From Paecilomyces variotii (taxonomy: Eukaryota): DNA of 60,220 bases. The DNA is taken from assembly GCA_004022145.1 (NCBI GenBank), contig RCNU01000016.1. One strand, 5' to 3'. The translations under genes were made by a program, and so were the position numbers. Each line of letters starts with the position of its first letter. Position 1 is the first letter of the stretch. Below are positions 1 to 12,809 of this stretch, piece after piece. The notes under the pieces are model-generated. The model was not told the origin of the DNA, did not search any database, and saw nothing but the letters and a program-made list of their open reading frames with translations.

Positions 1-1372
1 ATTAATCTTAGATTGCTAGCTTCTTAATAGCCTATAATATAGATTTAGATTTAATTATTCTTAAAGAGTTATTTATTAATCTTAAGGCTATTATATTTAA
101 AATTACTATATTTCTCGCCTAATTTATTAAGTTTAATAGCTTTAATAAGATTAATAATAATCCTTATATTTACTCTTACTTTCTTTCTTTTCTTAATACT
201 ATTTAAAAGGTAAATTAGTAAACTTTATTGCCTAATATTAATATGCGAGATATATATTTCTATTTATAGGCTATTTAAAAAAATTATTAAAAAGTCTAGC
301 TTACTATATTTAGTATACTTATAAAGATATAAATAGCCGATTTAATCTAGGACTAATAAATCTAATATATCTAAGGAATTACCTTAATTACTTCTTTAAA
401 GTATTATAGTAAAGGAAAGTATTTTTTAATTTAGAATTGCGATCTGCGAGACCTTAGCTAAAAATAACTATATTAATTTCTTCTTCTAGCATAGAACTAT
501 TTCTTAAAGTTAGTAAGAAAAAAGACCTTAATTTTATCTTTATAGTACTATATTAATAAAGTTAAATTAGGGTAAAATAAGTGTCTCTAATATATTATAA
601 AATGGTTAAGTCTAATAGCTTAAATAGAGGATTATCTATTATAAGAGAATAATATTTAACTTAAAAACTATATTTAAATAAAAAAGAAATAGTTAAGAGT
701 ATAATATAATCTTAATAGTTTTAACTTAAGTTAGATTTTTAATAAGTTATATAAATATATAAGATTTTCTTTAGAAGTTATAATTTATTAATTATATATA
801 GATTTTTTATTAACTTATTAAGAGAATAATTTAGAAAATACTTTTTATTTAAAATAATAATAGTAATTAAATATATATTCTTTAGTTTAATAACTTAAGC
901 TTTTAAGAAAAATTATATATTATATATAATAATACTATATTAGCACTATAGTTTATAAATATATATATTTCTATAGCTATAACTCTATATATATATATTT
1001 AATAATATCTTAAAAGACTTTCTTTATAGTTTTATTTTTAAATTAATATAATAATATTATATTTAAACTATTTTTTAGCTATAGATTTAAAGGTCTATAA
1101 CTAATAATAATATAAAATAATATAAAATTAAAGCTTTAATATCTATAATACTGCGAACTATATAAACTATTTAAACTAAATTATTTAAGTTAATCTAACT
1201 TAAGTTAGTTTAGCGTATAATCTTAGCAAATATTTTAGTTTTTTTAGTTTTAAACTAAACTACCAGAATATAGTTTAGTTTAAGTATAGTTTTTTTATCT
1301 TAAACTGAAAACTACTATAAATAGTTTAACTCCCTCTTTAAACTAAACTAAACCGCCTATATAATTACTTTA
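1..1372 (-). mobile_element. Left end of a second copy of the hAT element, running out of the window
   Basis: 1-1372 is the reverse complement of 6843-8210 with transition differences and small indels; terminates in tataattacttta (1360-1372), matching the TIR. Confidence 0.93.
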
Positions 1373-2769
1373 TTAAATATTTAAGATACTTTTAAAAGAG
1401 TCTTATTAATATTATTAAAATTATTAAGAATATCTATAAACTTAATAATAAATTACTTTATTATAATAATAATAATAGCAGCGCTTTAGCGCTTATATAA
1501 TATTAAAAAAAAGAAGCTTAATTTTAATTAGCTAGGGGATTTTATAAGTAATAATCTGTAAAATCTTAGTAAATTAAAAGTTTTACTAGTTTTAAATAAA
1601 ATAGATAAGATTAATAATATTCTCTAAGGTATAATAATACTATAAGATATAATTATACTTATATAAGGTAATAAGAAGCTATTACTGCTTTTAACTTAGG
1701 GCTTATATATTAAAGATATTAATAATTATAATAAGTATACTAAAGATAAAATTATTATAGGTAATTCTAGAGATAAAGAAATTTTTTATAATAAAAATTA
1801 TAGTTTAATAAAGATAAGTAGGCTAAAAAGATTATATTTTATTTATAAGTTTTAAAGCTTTATTTATAAGATTAAATAAAGATCTTAAAAAGAGAGAAGG
1901 TTATTAATATTAGCCGGCTATAAAATTTTCTTAAAACTTTTCTCTTTACTAAAATATAAGAGCCTATTAATTATAGCCCTATTTAATATATAAATAATAT
2001 TTTTAAAGAAATTAGTATTCTTTATAAGAGTAACTATATATTTAGCTATTTATTTAAAGTTAATATAATACTATATAAGCTCTATATTTTTAAAGCCTTA
2101 CTTATTTATAATATTTCTTTTTATATTCTTAATTTATCTTTTTCTATTACTAACTTTCTTATAAATAGCCTTAGTATCTTTAAAACTATTCTAAAATTAT
2201 TTAATACTAATAGTATATAATTAAGCTTAGGAGAATTTAATATATTCTTATAATTATATAAGGAGATTATCTATAGCTTTATAATTCTAATGCAGTATAA
2301 TAGCTAGCTAAAGCTAATAACTATATTAAAGGATTATTAGTTATTAATTAATAAAGCTAATAGCTTCTTATAGAGAAGAGAACTAAATATTATTAATTAT
2401 TAAAATATTATCTTAATTAATTAATATAGGTATAAATATAGTAAAGTAAGAAGTAATCTAATAATATAATATAATTATAAAAAAATAAAGTAAGAAAAAT
2501 AAAATAATAGAAGACATTATTTAATAAAAGAAAAAAGAGAATATACTTATTAATAAAATAGCGAGATTTTAATCTCCTTTTATTATCTCTAATTAAAGCT
2601 AAAATTAACTATAATCTTCTTAAAATAATAGAGAATAGAAGATAAATTTAGTAAATATTTTATTAAGTAATAGATAAGTAAATAATAACTCTTTAAGATA
2701 ATAGTAATAATAGGTATAATAAAATAATTAGCTTAAGGGTTTAGAAAAGATAAAAAAAAAAAAATAAGA

Positions 2770-5700
2770 ACTTAAAATATAGTAAGATATTAAATTTATT
2801 ATATATAAATTTACTGCTTAAGGTAAATTTTTAAATAAGAGTAACTGCTATTATATAGATTTAGCTAATTAAATAACTTTATTAATTAGAATAAGTTAGA
2901 TTAATAATTATAGCTATATTCTATTTAAGTAAAATCTAGTCCTTTATTACAGTTTTAATATTTATATTACTTAATTTAGCCTTATTATCTTTTTATTTAT
3001 CTTTAAATATATAGTTTATCTTAATAATACTATTTATTTTAAAAATGCTATTCTCTCTATTTAAAAAGTTAACGGCCTTATTAAACTTAAGAATAAAGCC
3101 CTTTAATTAATTCTTATTAATAGTTCTATTTAATAATATATTATTTAGCACTTTAAATTAGTAAGATCTTAAATCTTATATATATAATATAGGCTAAGCT
3201 AGTAAAAGGCTAGCTTATTTAAATAAGATATATTATTCTCTCTCTATATATTATAAAGTAATACTAGAGATTTATTTTTAAGCTCTTTAATATAGATATT
3301 ATAACAGTTATTAAAATATTCCTTATTTTACTTATATATATACTTTAAATATATAGCTACTTCTTTAAGGTTTTAATTACATTATTTTATCTAATAAGCT
3401 CTTATAATAAGTAAGTTAATAATAGTTTAAATAGTCTTCTATAAAAGTATAGACTATATAAGAATTTCTAGATTAATAAATAAAATTACTTCTTAACCTA
3501 TAAGTAGATAATATAAGGTTATACTAGTATTTATATAGATAATATAATAGTTTATAAGCAGTATTATAGATAGATATTAAAGCTATCTTCTACTAGTCTT
3601 ATTTATTATCTTAGATAATATATTTTTAATAGGATAATATTTTATATCTATAATATTATTTAACTATAGGTAATATAATAAAATAAGAATTTTTTTAATA
3701 TTATATTTAGTAATAAAAGCTTTTACTAAGGCTTAATTCTTTAATTCTCTATTTTTAATAATTTTAAGAGGTAGATTAAAATAGTAAAAGATATCTTCTT
3801 ATAAAAACTTTATAACTATATTTAAAATAGCTATAATAAAGGTATAAGCTTTTATCTATTTAAATAAGCTATTCCTAAAAATAATAAGAAAGTTCTTATT
3901 ATAATCTAGAGATATATAGATTATATTAATATAAATTTTAGCCTATAATATTAATAGCTATATTAAGTATAATACCTTTTCTTATCTATTTAATTCTCGC
4001 AATTAATATAGAAAATAAGTCTTAATATAATATTTTATATTAAGATATAGGCTTAGCTATTAATAGTAAGCTATAATTTAGTAGTTTATACTTTTCTTTC
4101 CTCTATAACTATATTCTTTATATATTATATATAAGATTCTCTTCTTATTTTCCTTATTATTAATAACTCTATATAAAGGTATATTCTTACTTATATAGCA
4201 GAATAAATACTAATCTTTAATTAAAAATTTTAAGGCTTTCTTCTAAAACTATTAAAATTCTCCTATTAATATACTCTAAGGCTTTTTTAGAATTATTAAG
4301 TACTTAATAATATACTTAGATTCCTTAAAATAGGAAAGATTAAAGATATAGACTTCTTCCTTAGCTTAAGGTATAGTCGCGCATATAAGCATAATATATA
4401 TAAGGAAGTAATCTAGCTAGTCTTAGATAAAATTATCTATATCTTCTTTAATATTAGCCTTATTAAGAAATAATATTTAAAATAAACTATTTACTGCAAT
4501 ATATTTTTATCTGAAATATATTTAATAATAAAATTAAATAAGTAAATCTATATAAGCTAATTAATAATTAAAGCACTAAGAAAATCTATAGCTAATTTAT
4601 TTAATTATATTACTAGAGTTTAAGTATTAATCTTAAGCTTAAAATAAATTCTATATAGCTAATAGTAAAACTTCTTAAATATCTTTAAGATTATCTTATA
4701 TTCTCTCTTTCTTATATTATACTTCTTCTCTATATTATTTTATATATTAGACTTATATTTAATAAGATAATACTTATCTTATTATTTTTATATAATAATA
4801 GCTCTAAAGGCTTTTTTATTTATATTTATAGTAATAATAATATTAAGCGAGTTTTAAGTATAATTAATAAAGATAATTATCTAGTTATTTATAAGAAGCT
4901 ATTTAATCTCTTTAAAGACTACTTATTACTTCTTACCCTAAATTTATTTTACTCTTATTTAAAGTAAATAGTAAAGAGGCGCTATAATAACTCTATACTA
5001 TAGTATAAGAGCTTTAAAATAAGAAGTTAACTTAAGAAATAAATGAATTTAATTTATATTAATAGGCATAGGCTATTTTATAATCTTTTAAACCTTTTCT
5101 CTATCTATATAGTAGCTAGAATAATTATATAACTATTCTATTATCTTTAGACTAGCTATAATAAATTAGGACTTTTTAGTAAATATAATTACTCCGATAA
5201 GCTTAAAAAGATAAAAAATATAGTTAAGATTCTGAAGATATTCTAATATATATAGGTATATATTAAGAAATACTTTTTTATTATTATACTTTAAGTAAGA
5301 ACCTTTAATACTTATATTATTTAAGAAGATCTTAATAATCTTAAGTAAAGCTTCTAGCAGAATAAATATTATAATATGCTTAATTTACTTAATAAAGTTT
5401 ATAATATTTTAGAGAATTATTACTTAATATAGAAGCCTAAATAGAGTTTAAATAACTATTATATCTCTATTTTCTAAGATAAAAATAATTTAGTTATATC
5501 CTAAAAGTAAATTAATAAGTAAACTTAAAGATAAGCTATTAAAATCCTTAGTAAATTTATTAATATTTAGAGGCATATTTATATTATAAACTATTACTTT
5601 ATTAATTTATATAGTAGTATTAATAAGCCTATACTTACTATTTTTCTTCTTAACTAAAAACTATAAATTCTAGTATAAACTATAATACTATTTAAGAATC

Positions 5701-6842
5701 TTATTTTTAAAGTCTTTTATATAATATTTAAGCTATAATTTTCTTAAGCACTTAAGGCGGCTAAAATCTAGGGACTTACTATACTTTATATAAAATAGTC
5801 TTAATATATTATAATAGAGTAATCTTAAAATAAATTCTTTTAATATTCTCTATAAACTATTTTAAAATATTTTCTCTTTTATAAAGTAACTTTAATAGTA
5901 TAACTCTTTTATTCTCTAAAAGCTTTATACTTATAATTAATTATTCTACTTATTTAGAAGTTAAATAAGACTCTTATATAATTATTATAATTTATAGCTA
6001 TAGATATTTATTATATAATATCTCTATATTTAGTACTAAGTTTCTGTAGTAATATTCTAAATATAGCTCCTATTATCTTAGATCTTCTTTAGGTATTTTC
6101 TTATTATTTAATCTCCTTAGGTTAATAGAGTTTATCTTATTAGCCTTTTACTTCTTTAGTATATTAACTGCTATATAAATATAGTTATAATAGCCTATTT
6201 ATAGCTTAAGGTCTAATTACTTTAATATTTTATATTTAATATTTAAGTCTATAAGATTTAGGCGGTAAAGGAATTTTACTAGATTATCCTTAGCCTCTAA
6301 TTAGCTAATTAATTTTATAGGTTATAATTTATAAAATCTTAATAAATTAAAAGTCTGCATTTTTACAGTTATATATTTTATTCTAATTACTTTAATCTAG
6401 ATATATAAGTTTACTAGTATTTTTATTACTACTTTTCTTTATCTTTTAGTAAATATTATACTAGTAAAATAATATCTGCTTAAGCTTTTAAAGACTTTAG
6501 CTAAATATTCTTTATTATCTTAATATTTTAGTCGGTTAGTCTATATCTAATAAACTTAAAGTAGTTATTTTAAATCTAAGTAAATAATATAAAACTTTAA
6601 CGTTAAGTCTCTTAGGCTAATTAAATCCTCTTAAATAAGCTCTACGTTTATATAATATAGCTAACTGTATAGAAGCCTATAGAGATTTAGGGCCTCTTAT
6701 TAGCTAAGAGTAAATACTAAGTTAATATAGTTATATATAATAACTATCTATAAGAATATTAAAATCTTTTAAACCCGCTAACTTTTAAGTCCTTTAATTA
6801 GCTTAAGGTTTATACTAAGCCGGTATAGTTATACACAACAAC
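2770..6842 (-). pseudogene. pol: Gypsy pol (RT, RNase H, integrase), RIP-inactivated
   Basis: Reverse-strand translation IFLNNISIKGSYLKYN at 5283-5330 restores to FLDDIGIKGPYSKY by transitions only; integrase core motifs at ~3550-3850. Confidence 0.82.
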
Positions 6843-7060
6843 TAGAGTAGTTATATAGGCGGTTCGGTTCGGTTTAAAGGGGGAGTTAAACCGCCTATAG
6901 CGGTTTTCAGTTTAAGGTAGAAAAACTGTACTTAAACTGAACTATATTCTAGTAGTTTAGTTTAAAACCGAAAAAACTAAAGTATTTGCTAAGATTATGC
7001 GCTAAACTAACTTAAGTTAAATTAACTTAAACGGTTCGGTTTAAATAGTTTATATAGTTC
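6835..7060 (+). repeat. Left TSD, TIR and subterminal GGTTC/AACCG pentamer repeats of the hAT
   Basis: ggcggttcggttcggttt at ~6858-6875, aaaccg and acggttcggttt units, plus RIP-decayed versions (gtttagttt). Confidence 0.85.
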
Positions 7061-9027
7061 GCAGTATTATAGATATTAAAGCTCTATATTATTTTATATT
7101 ATTATTAGTTATAGACCTTTAAATCTATAGCTAAAAAATAGTTTAAATATAATATTATTATATTAATTTAAAAGTAAAACTATAAAGAAAGTCTTTTAAG
7201 ATATTATTAAATATATATATATATAGAGTTATAGCTATAGAAATATATATATTTATAAACTATAGTGCTAATATAGTATTATTATATATAATATATAATT
7301 TTTCTTAAAAGCTTAAGTTATTAAACTAAAGAATATATATTTAACTACTATTACTATTTTAAATAAAAAGTACTTTCTAAATTATTCTTTTAATAAGTTA
7401 ATAAAAAATCTATATATAATTAATAAATTATAACTTCTAAAGAAAATCTTATATACTTATATAACTTATTAAAAATCTAACTTAAGTTAAAACTATTAAG
7501 ATTATATTATACTCTTAACTATTTCTTTTTTATTTAAATATAGTTTTTAAGTTAAATATTATTCTCTTATAATAGACAATCCCTTATTTAAGCTATTAGA
7601 CTTAACTATTCTATAATATATTAGAGATACTTATTCTGCTTTAATTTAGCTTTATTAATATAGTATTATAAAGATAAAATTAAGGTCTTTTTTCTTACTA
7701 ATTTTAAGAAATAGTTTTATGCTAGAAAAAGAAATTAATATAATTATTTTTAGCTAGAGTCTTATAAATCGCAATCTTAAATTAAAAGATACTTTCCTTT
7801 ATTATAATATTTCAGAGAAGTAATTAAGGCAATTCTTTAGATATATTAAATTTATTAGTCTTAAATTAAATTAGCTATCTATATCTTTATAGGTATATTA
7901 AATATAGTAAGCTAGACTTTTTAATAGTTTTTTTAGGTAGCCTATAAATAGAAATATATATCTTATATATTAATATTAGGTAATAAAGTTTATTAATTTG
8001 CCTTTTAAATAGTATTAAGAAAAGAAAGGAGATAAGGGTAAATATAAGGATTGCTGTTAATCTTATTAAAGCTATTAAGCTTAGTAAATTAGGCGAGAAA
8101 TATAGTAATTTCAGATATAGTAGCCTTAGGATTAATAAATAACTCTTTAAGAATAATTAAATCTAAATCTATATTGCAGGCTATTAGGGAGTTAGCAATT
8201 TAGGGTTAATTTAATTTTCTAATACCCTTAAGTTAAATAGAATAATTTTAGAAGAAGAATAATTATTTTTTATAAAATAATAAGAAAGAAATAATAATTT
8301 CTATTAAGAGTCTTCTATATAAAAAATTTAAGAAAAGAATCTAAATTTTATATTCTAACTTAAGTTAAAATATATTAAAAGTTTCTGCTAAAACTTTAAA
8401 GGCTATAAAAAAAAGGTCTATTATTTTAAGAAATATACTCTGCTAAAAAGTAAGAGAGTAATAATTTTTTTTATATAATAAGTCCTACTATTAATTAAGA
8501 GATAAATAGTTAATATAATCTAACTTAAGTTAGAATGTTAACTTCTTAATTAGGACTAGTATAAGTTATAGATTATATAAACTAATTTTATTTTTTTCTT
8601 ATTATATTTATTTCTTTTCTTAAATATATTTTTTATATTTTTCTTACTAATTTTAACTTAGTTAGAATTGGCTTTTTATATATAGATAAGAAAATCCTAT
8701 AAGAATAAAATAATATCTTATTAATATTATTATCTTAATTTAAATTCTTCTAAGACTCTTAGTATAATAAGCTTTTAATCCTTACTTTAGTAGTCTATAT
8801 TTTAACTTAAGTTAGAATACTGCAGATTTATTTACTCTATTATAAGATTTATAAAAATAAGAACCCCTAGATTATTTTACTAAATATTAGAACCCTTAAT
8901 CTATTTTATTACCCTTTAAAAACCCTAGTTTGCTTATAAATAAACTTTAGTTAAATAGTCTTAGTATAAAGTCTCTTAATAATCTTAACCTATTAGACTA
9001 TATATTTTAACCTAAGTTAAAACTAAA

Positions 9028-11990
9028 ATGCCGCCTAAAACTAGTCTATTACCTAAATTTATTATTCCCGCAGTATTATTAAAAAGAAAAAAAAAAAATT
9101 AGCTAAGCAGAGTTTAGTAGAGATAGCTTTATTAATCTTTTCTCCTTTCTAGGAAGATACAGTTTAACTAAAACTTAAAGAGGTATTTCTTAAGACTCTA
9201 TATATTAATATATAAGATCTAGATAGTAAATAGAAAGATAAAGAAAAAAATTATAATTTTAATAAAGATTATATAAAGAACTTAAAGCAGGAATTCTAAG
9301 TAGCTATTTAATAGTAAAATATTAGCACTCAGATAAAAGTAATAATAAAATATAGCGACTTTAAATAAGTTATTAAAACTTTTATTAAAAACAATAATAT
9401 AGATAATGCTAATACTATAGAGGCATATAAGGAGGTATATAAGGAGGCTCTTAATATTATGCGCTCTAGAAATAAGATAGAAAGAGATATATTTATCTAT
9501 CTTAATAAATAGCTAGATTCTGTTTAGAAACTTATTTTTTAAGTAAGATAATATTGCTAAGCTGCTTTATTAGAGCTTCTGCTTAAGCAGACTTAAGTAG
9601 TTATTACTTATATTAAGACTTCTAAAGGTAAAACTATTTAAAAAATAAGTCTTAATATATGTTTTTATTTTAACTTAAGTTAGAATTTAGCTAATTATAG
9701 ATTAATAAGCCTAGTTATAGGCAGTTAATATCTATAATAAAGAGAAGATAGATATAGAATTATTAACTATATTATGCTTAAACTATAAGAAAATAGAGAG
9801 ACTTAATATAGATAGAAAATATATACTAGCTTTAATTTAGGCCTTTAAGCAAAAAGATTAAATATAATAGAGAGAGTTACTTAAAAATATAGATAATTTT
9901 AGAAAGTAAGTTTAGCCAGTTATTAGTATCTTATTAAAATATATAGTATGCGCTTAAGCTCTCTTATAAAAAGACTTATAGATATAGTAGATTTTAAACT
10001 ATATTTATACTCTATATAGGAGAGTATATTATAACTTTACTTTTAGTAAGCTTATAATTAATTTAAAACTAAATTATATAAGTTAAGAAAATTACTTAGT
10101 AGTTCTTAATTATTCTAACCTAAGTTAGATTTAAAAAGCTAAGTTTAGAAGGTTTAAAAAATAGGCTATAAAGATCTTTATAGAGAAGTTTAGCGCTTAT
10201 ATCTTAATAAATAATTAGTAATTTATTATTAATTATTATTACTAAGCTAATAATAATATGCTAAGAATATTATTCTTTCTATTTAGGTCTAATTATAAGA
10301 GAAATAAGCTATACTCTGCCCTAGATAAAAAGTAGTTTTTTAAACTGTCTCTACTATAGTTAATAGTAGAGGTTTCTTCCCTTAAGAATCTTATAAGGAG
10401 ACTAGGATTTCTTATTATATTAAATAATAAGGACTATATAATAATATAGAAAAACCTGTATAAAAATAATAACTTTAAGTTCTCTTTTTAGTAAGATTTA
10501 ACTTAAGTTAGATATTAAAGATATAATATTAATTAGTTATAGAAACTTATAGGTCGAACTATAAAATAAAGTAATTAATCTATTAAAAGCTATATTTAAA
10601 TATATAATATTTTAGTACTAACTAGAATAATATTATTTATCTCTTATATCTAACTGTTTAAAGATATTTTAATAGGCTTATAAACTTTAGTTAATTCTAT
10701 TTCTTATTATAGAGGACCCTAATGCAGCTGCATATTTTATTAATATGTTTCTTAATAAGATCTATAAAGACCCCTATTAGGGCTAGTAAGACCTAAAATA
10801 AAGTATAAGCCTTTATTTAATTTAAGTTAGAATTTAGACTAATCCTTTTTAGCTAAATAAGCTACTAAATATACTGCGAGATATAGATATTATTAAAAAA
10901 GATAAAGACTATTATAAGGAGTATTAAACTTATTTATTATAGTTTAACTATTATTATTAGGCAAGAGTCTTATAAAAATACTTAAAAATAATTAGAGGCG
11001 AGTTTAAGGGCGTTATAAAAAAGTTTAGTAATACTATTAAGATTATAAGTTTTAAAAAAACTAACTTAAGTTAAAACTAATATAATATAGGGTAACTATA
11101 TATAGACTTTTATAGACTTTAAAAATATAACTATAAGAATATAATTTTAATAGAATTATAATATTAAGAATATTTATATTTTAAGATATTATAAAAAAGA
11201 ATTAAAGAAAAAGGCTAATCTACTAAAGGCGCTATAGACCTACTAGTATATAAAAACTAATATAATTAAAATACTGAAATTAAGCTAGAGAAAAGCTAAC
11301 TCTTAAAAAGAGGATCTTATCTAAAATAAAATATATATATTATTAATTTAACTTAAGTTAGATATTAATCTAATATAAGAGAAGTAAAATAATTATCTTA
11401 GAGCTTTGCGGGAGGTAGCTAATCTACTTATATAATAGGATTAAGAGCCTAATATTAATAATATTAATAAATTACTAGCCTAATATATTATTAATTATAA
11501 TTTAATTATTTAGAAAGCTATTTAAGAGTAGAAAAAAATATATATAATAAAGCTAGGTCTGTCTATTAAACTTTTATCTAAAAAAGAATTAATAAAGGAT
11601 AAAAAATAAAAGAAGAAGCAGGAAAACTTAGAATAATTAAGATATATAAATCTTAACTTATTATATAAGAAGCAGAAAATCTTAAGAGACTTTATTAGAG
11701 CTTACTTATAAATAAGTATATTTTATCTAACTTAAGTTAGATCTAAGATTAATTTATTATAGACTATAGATTTAATATAAATAGCATAATAAAATAAGAG
11801 TAATAAAGTAATCTAGGCTAACTTAAACAGGCTTTAGCAAGAAAAAAAAGATAAAAAAAAGGAAAGATAGAATAGGCAGATATTAATTAAAGTTTTAATA
11901 AATAAGAAGAAATTAAGGTTTTAGTAGATATTAATTAAGGTTTTTTAAGGGATAAGAATTTTAAGAGAATAGTAAATTATAATAATAATA
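9028..11990 (+). pseudogene. Multi-intron cargo gene of the hAT; predicted ParB/Srx-like (DUF3723-like) N-terminal domain, RIP-inactivated
   Basis: ATG CCG CCT AAA at 9028 (probable slip in the A-run at ~9087-9098). Codons ttt taa gta aga taa tat tgc taa gct gct (9537-9566) restore by transitions only to LQAGQHRQAA; upstream NRxFDEDHVKNLKQEF (~9249-9296); downstream AWLWAVDIYD..LRSN..PDTDG (~9709-9820). About seven short introns. 3' end approximate. Confidence 0.62.
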
Positions 11991-12809
11991 ATTCTTATAA
12001 TTTAATTAAACTAACTTAAGTTAAAACTTTATAAATAAAGCAATTTTTAATATAGTAATAATAGGCAATTAATAAGATCTTATAGTCTATTATTTTATAC
12101 TACTAATATAATAAACTATCTAATATAGTAAAAGAGTAAATAGTAAGTATAAATTCTAACCTAAGTTATATTTAAATAGGTGCTTATTTAAAAATATAGC
12201 ATTTATAAAAAATCTTAATCCTAAAGATTAGCCTTCTAGTATAGTAAGTAATTTAAGTATAATAGATTAAGGTACTGCTATTAACCTATCTTAAGCATAT
12301 TATTTTATAATTTATTAACTAGACTTAGCTTACTAATATTAATATAGATAGGTTCTGAAAAATATCTAATAATAAAAAAAAAAAATAAAAAGTCTTAGAG
12401 ATAAGATACTTCTGCACTATTGCGATTAAACTTTTTAAGTAAATTCTAACTTAAGTTAGATTTAGGTATATTATTCCTAACGCAGAATTTCTTATACTTT
12501 TTTCTAGGCTAAAGTTATTTAATATATTTTAAAGTTTTAATAGTTCTTAATTCCCCTTATCTATAATTTTTTTTTAACAAAGTAAAACCCTTACTTCTTA
12601 TTATTATTTTAAAAGATAATAATAGTTTTTAATTATAGAATATTTAGTTCAGTTTAATCTTATAAAAGCTTAATATAATCTAATTTTTATCTTAGAACCT
12701 TTAAATATAATAAATAAGAATTTAACTTAAGTTAGAATGCTATAGATATTATACTGCCGCCTATATTATTATCTTTAAATTTCTCTTCCTTATCTTTTTT
12801 TAATGTAGA

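Noticed and set aside
1373-6842. Composite transposon carrying the Gypsy pol between inverted repeats
   Set aside because: Both repeats are left ends of elements that extend away from this segment, their flanks do not match, and the right copy has its own complete TSD.
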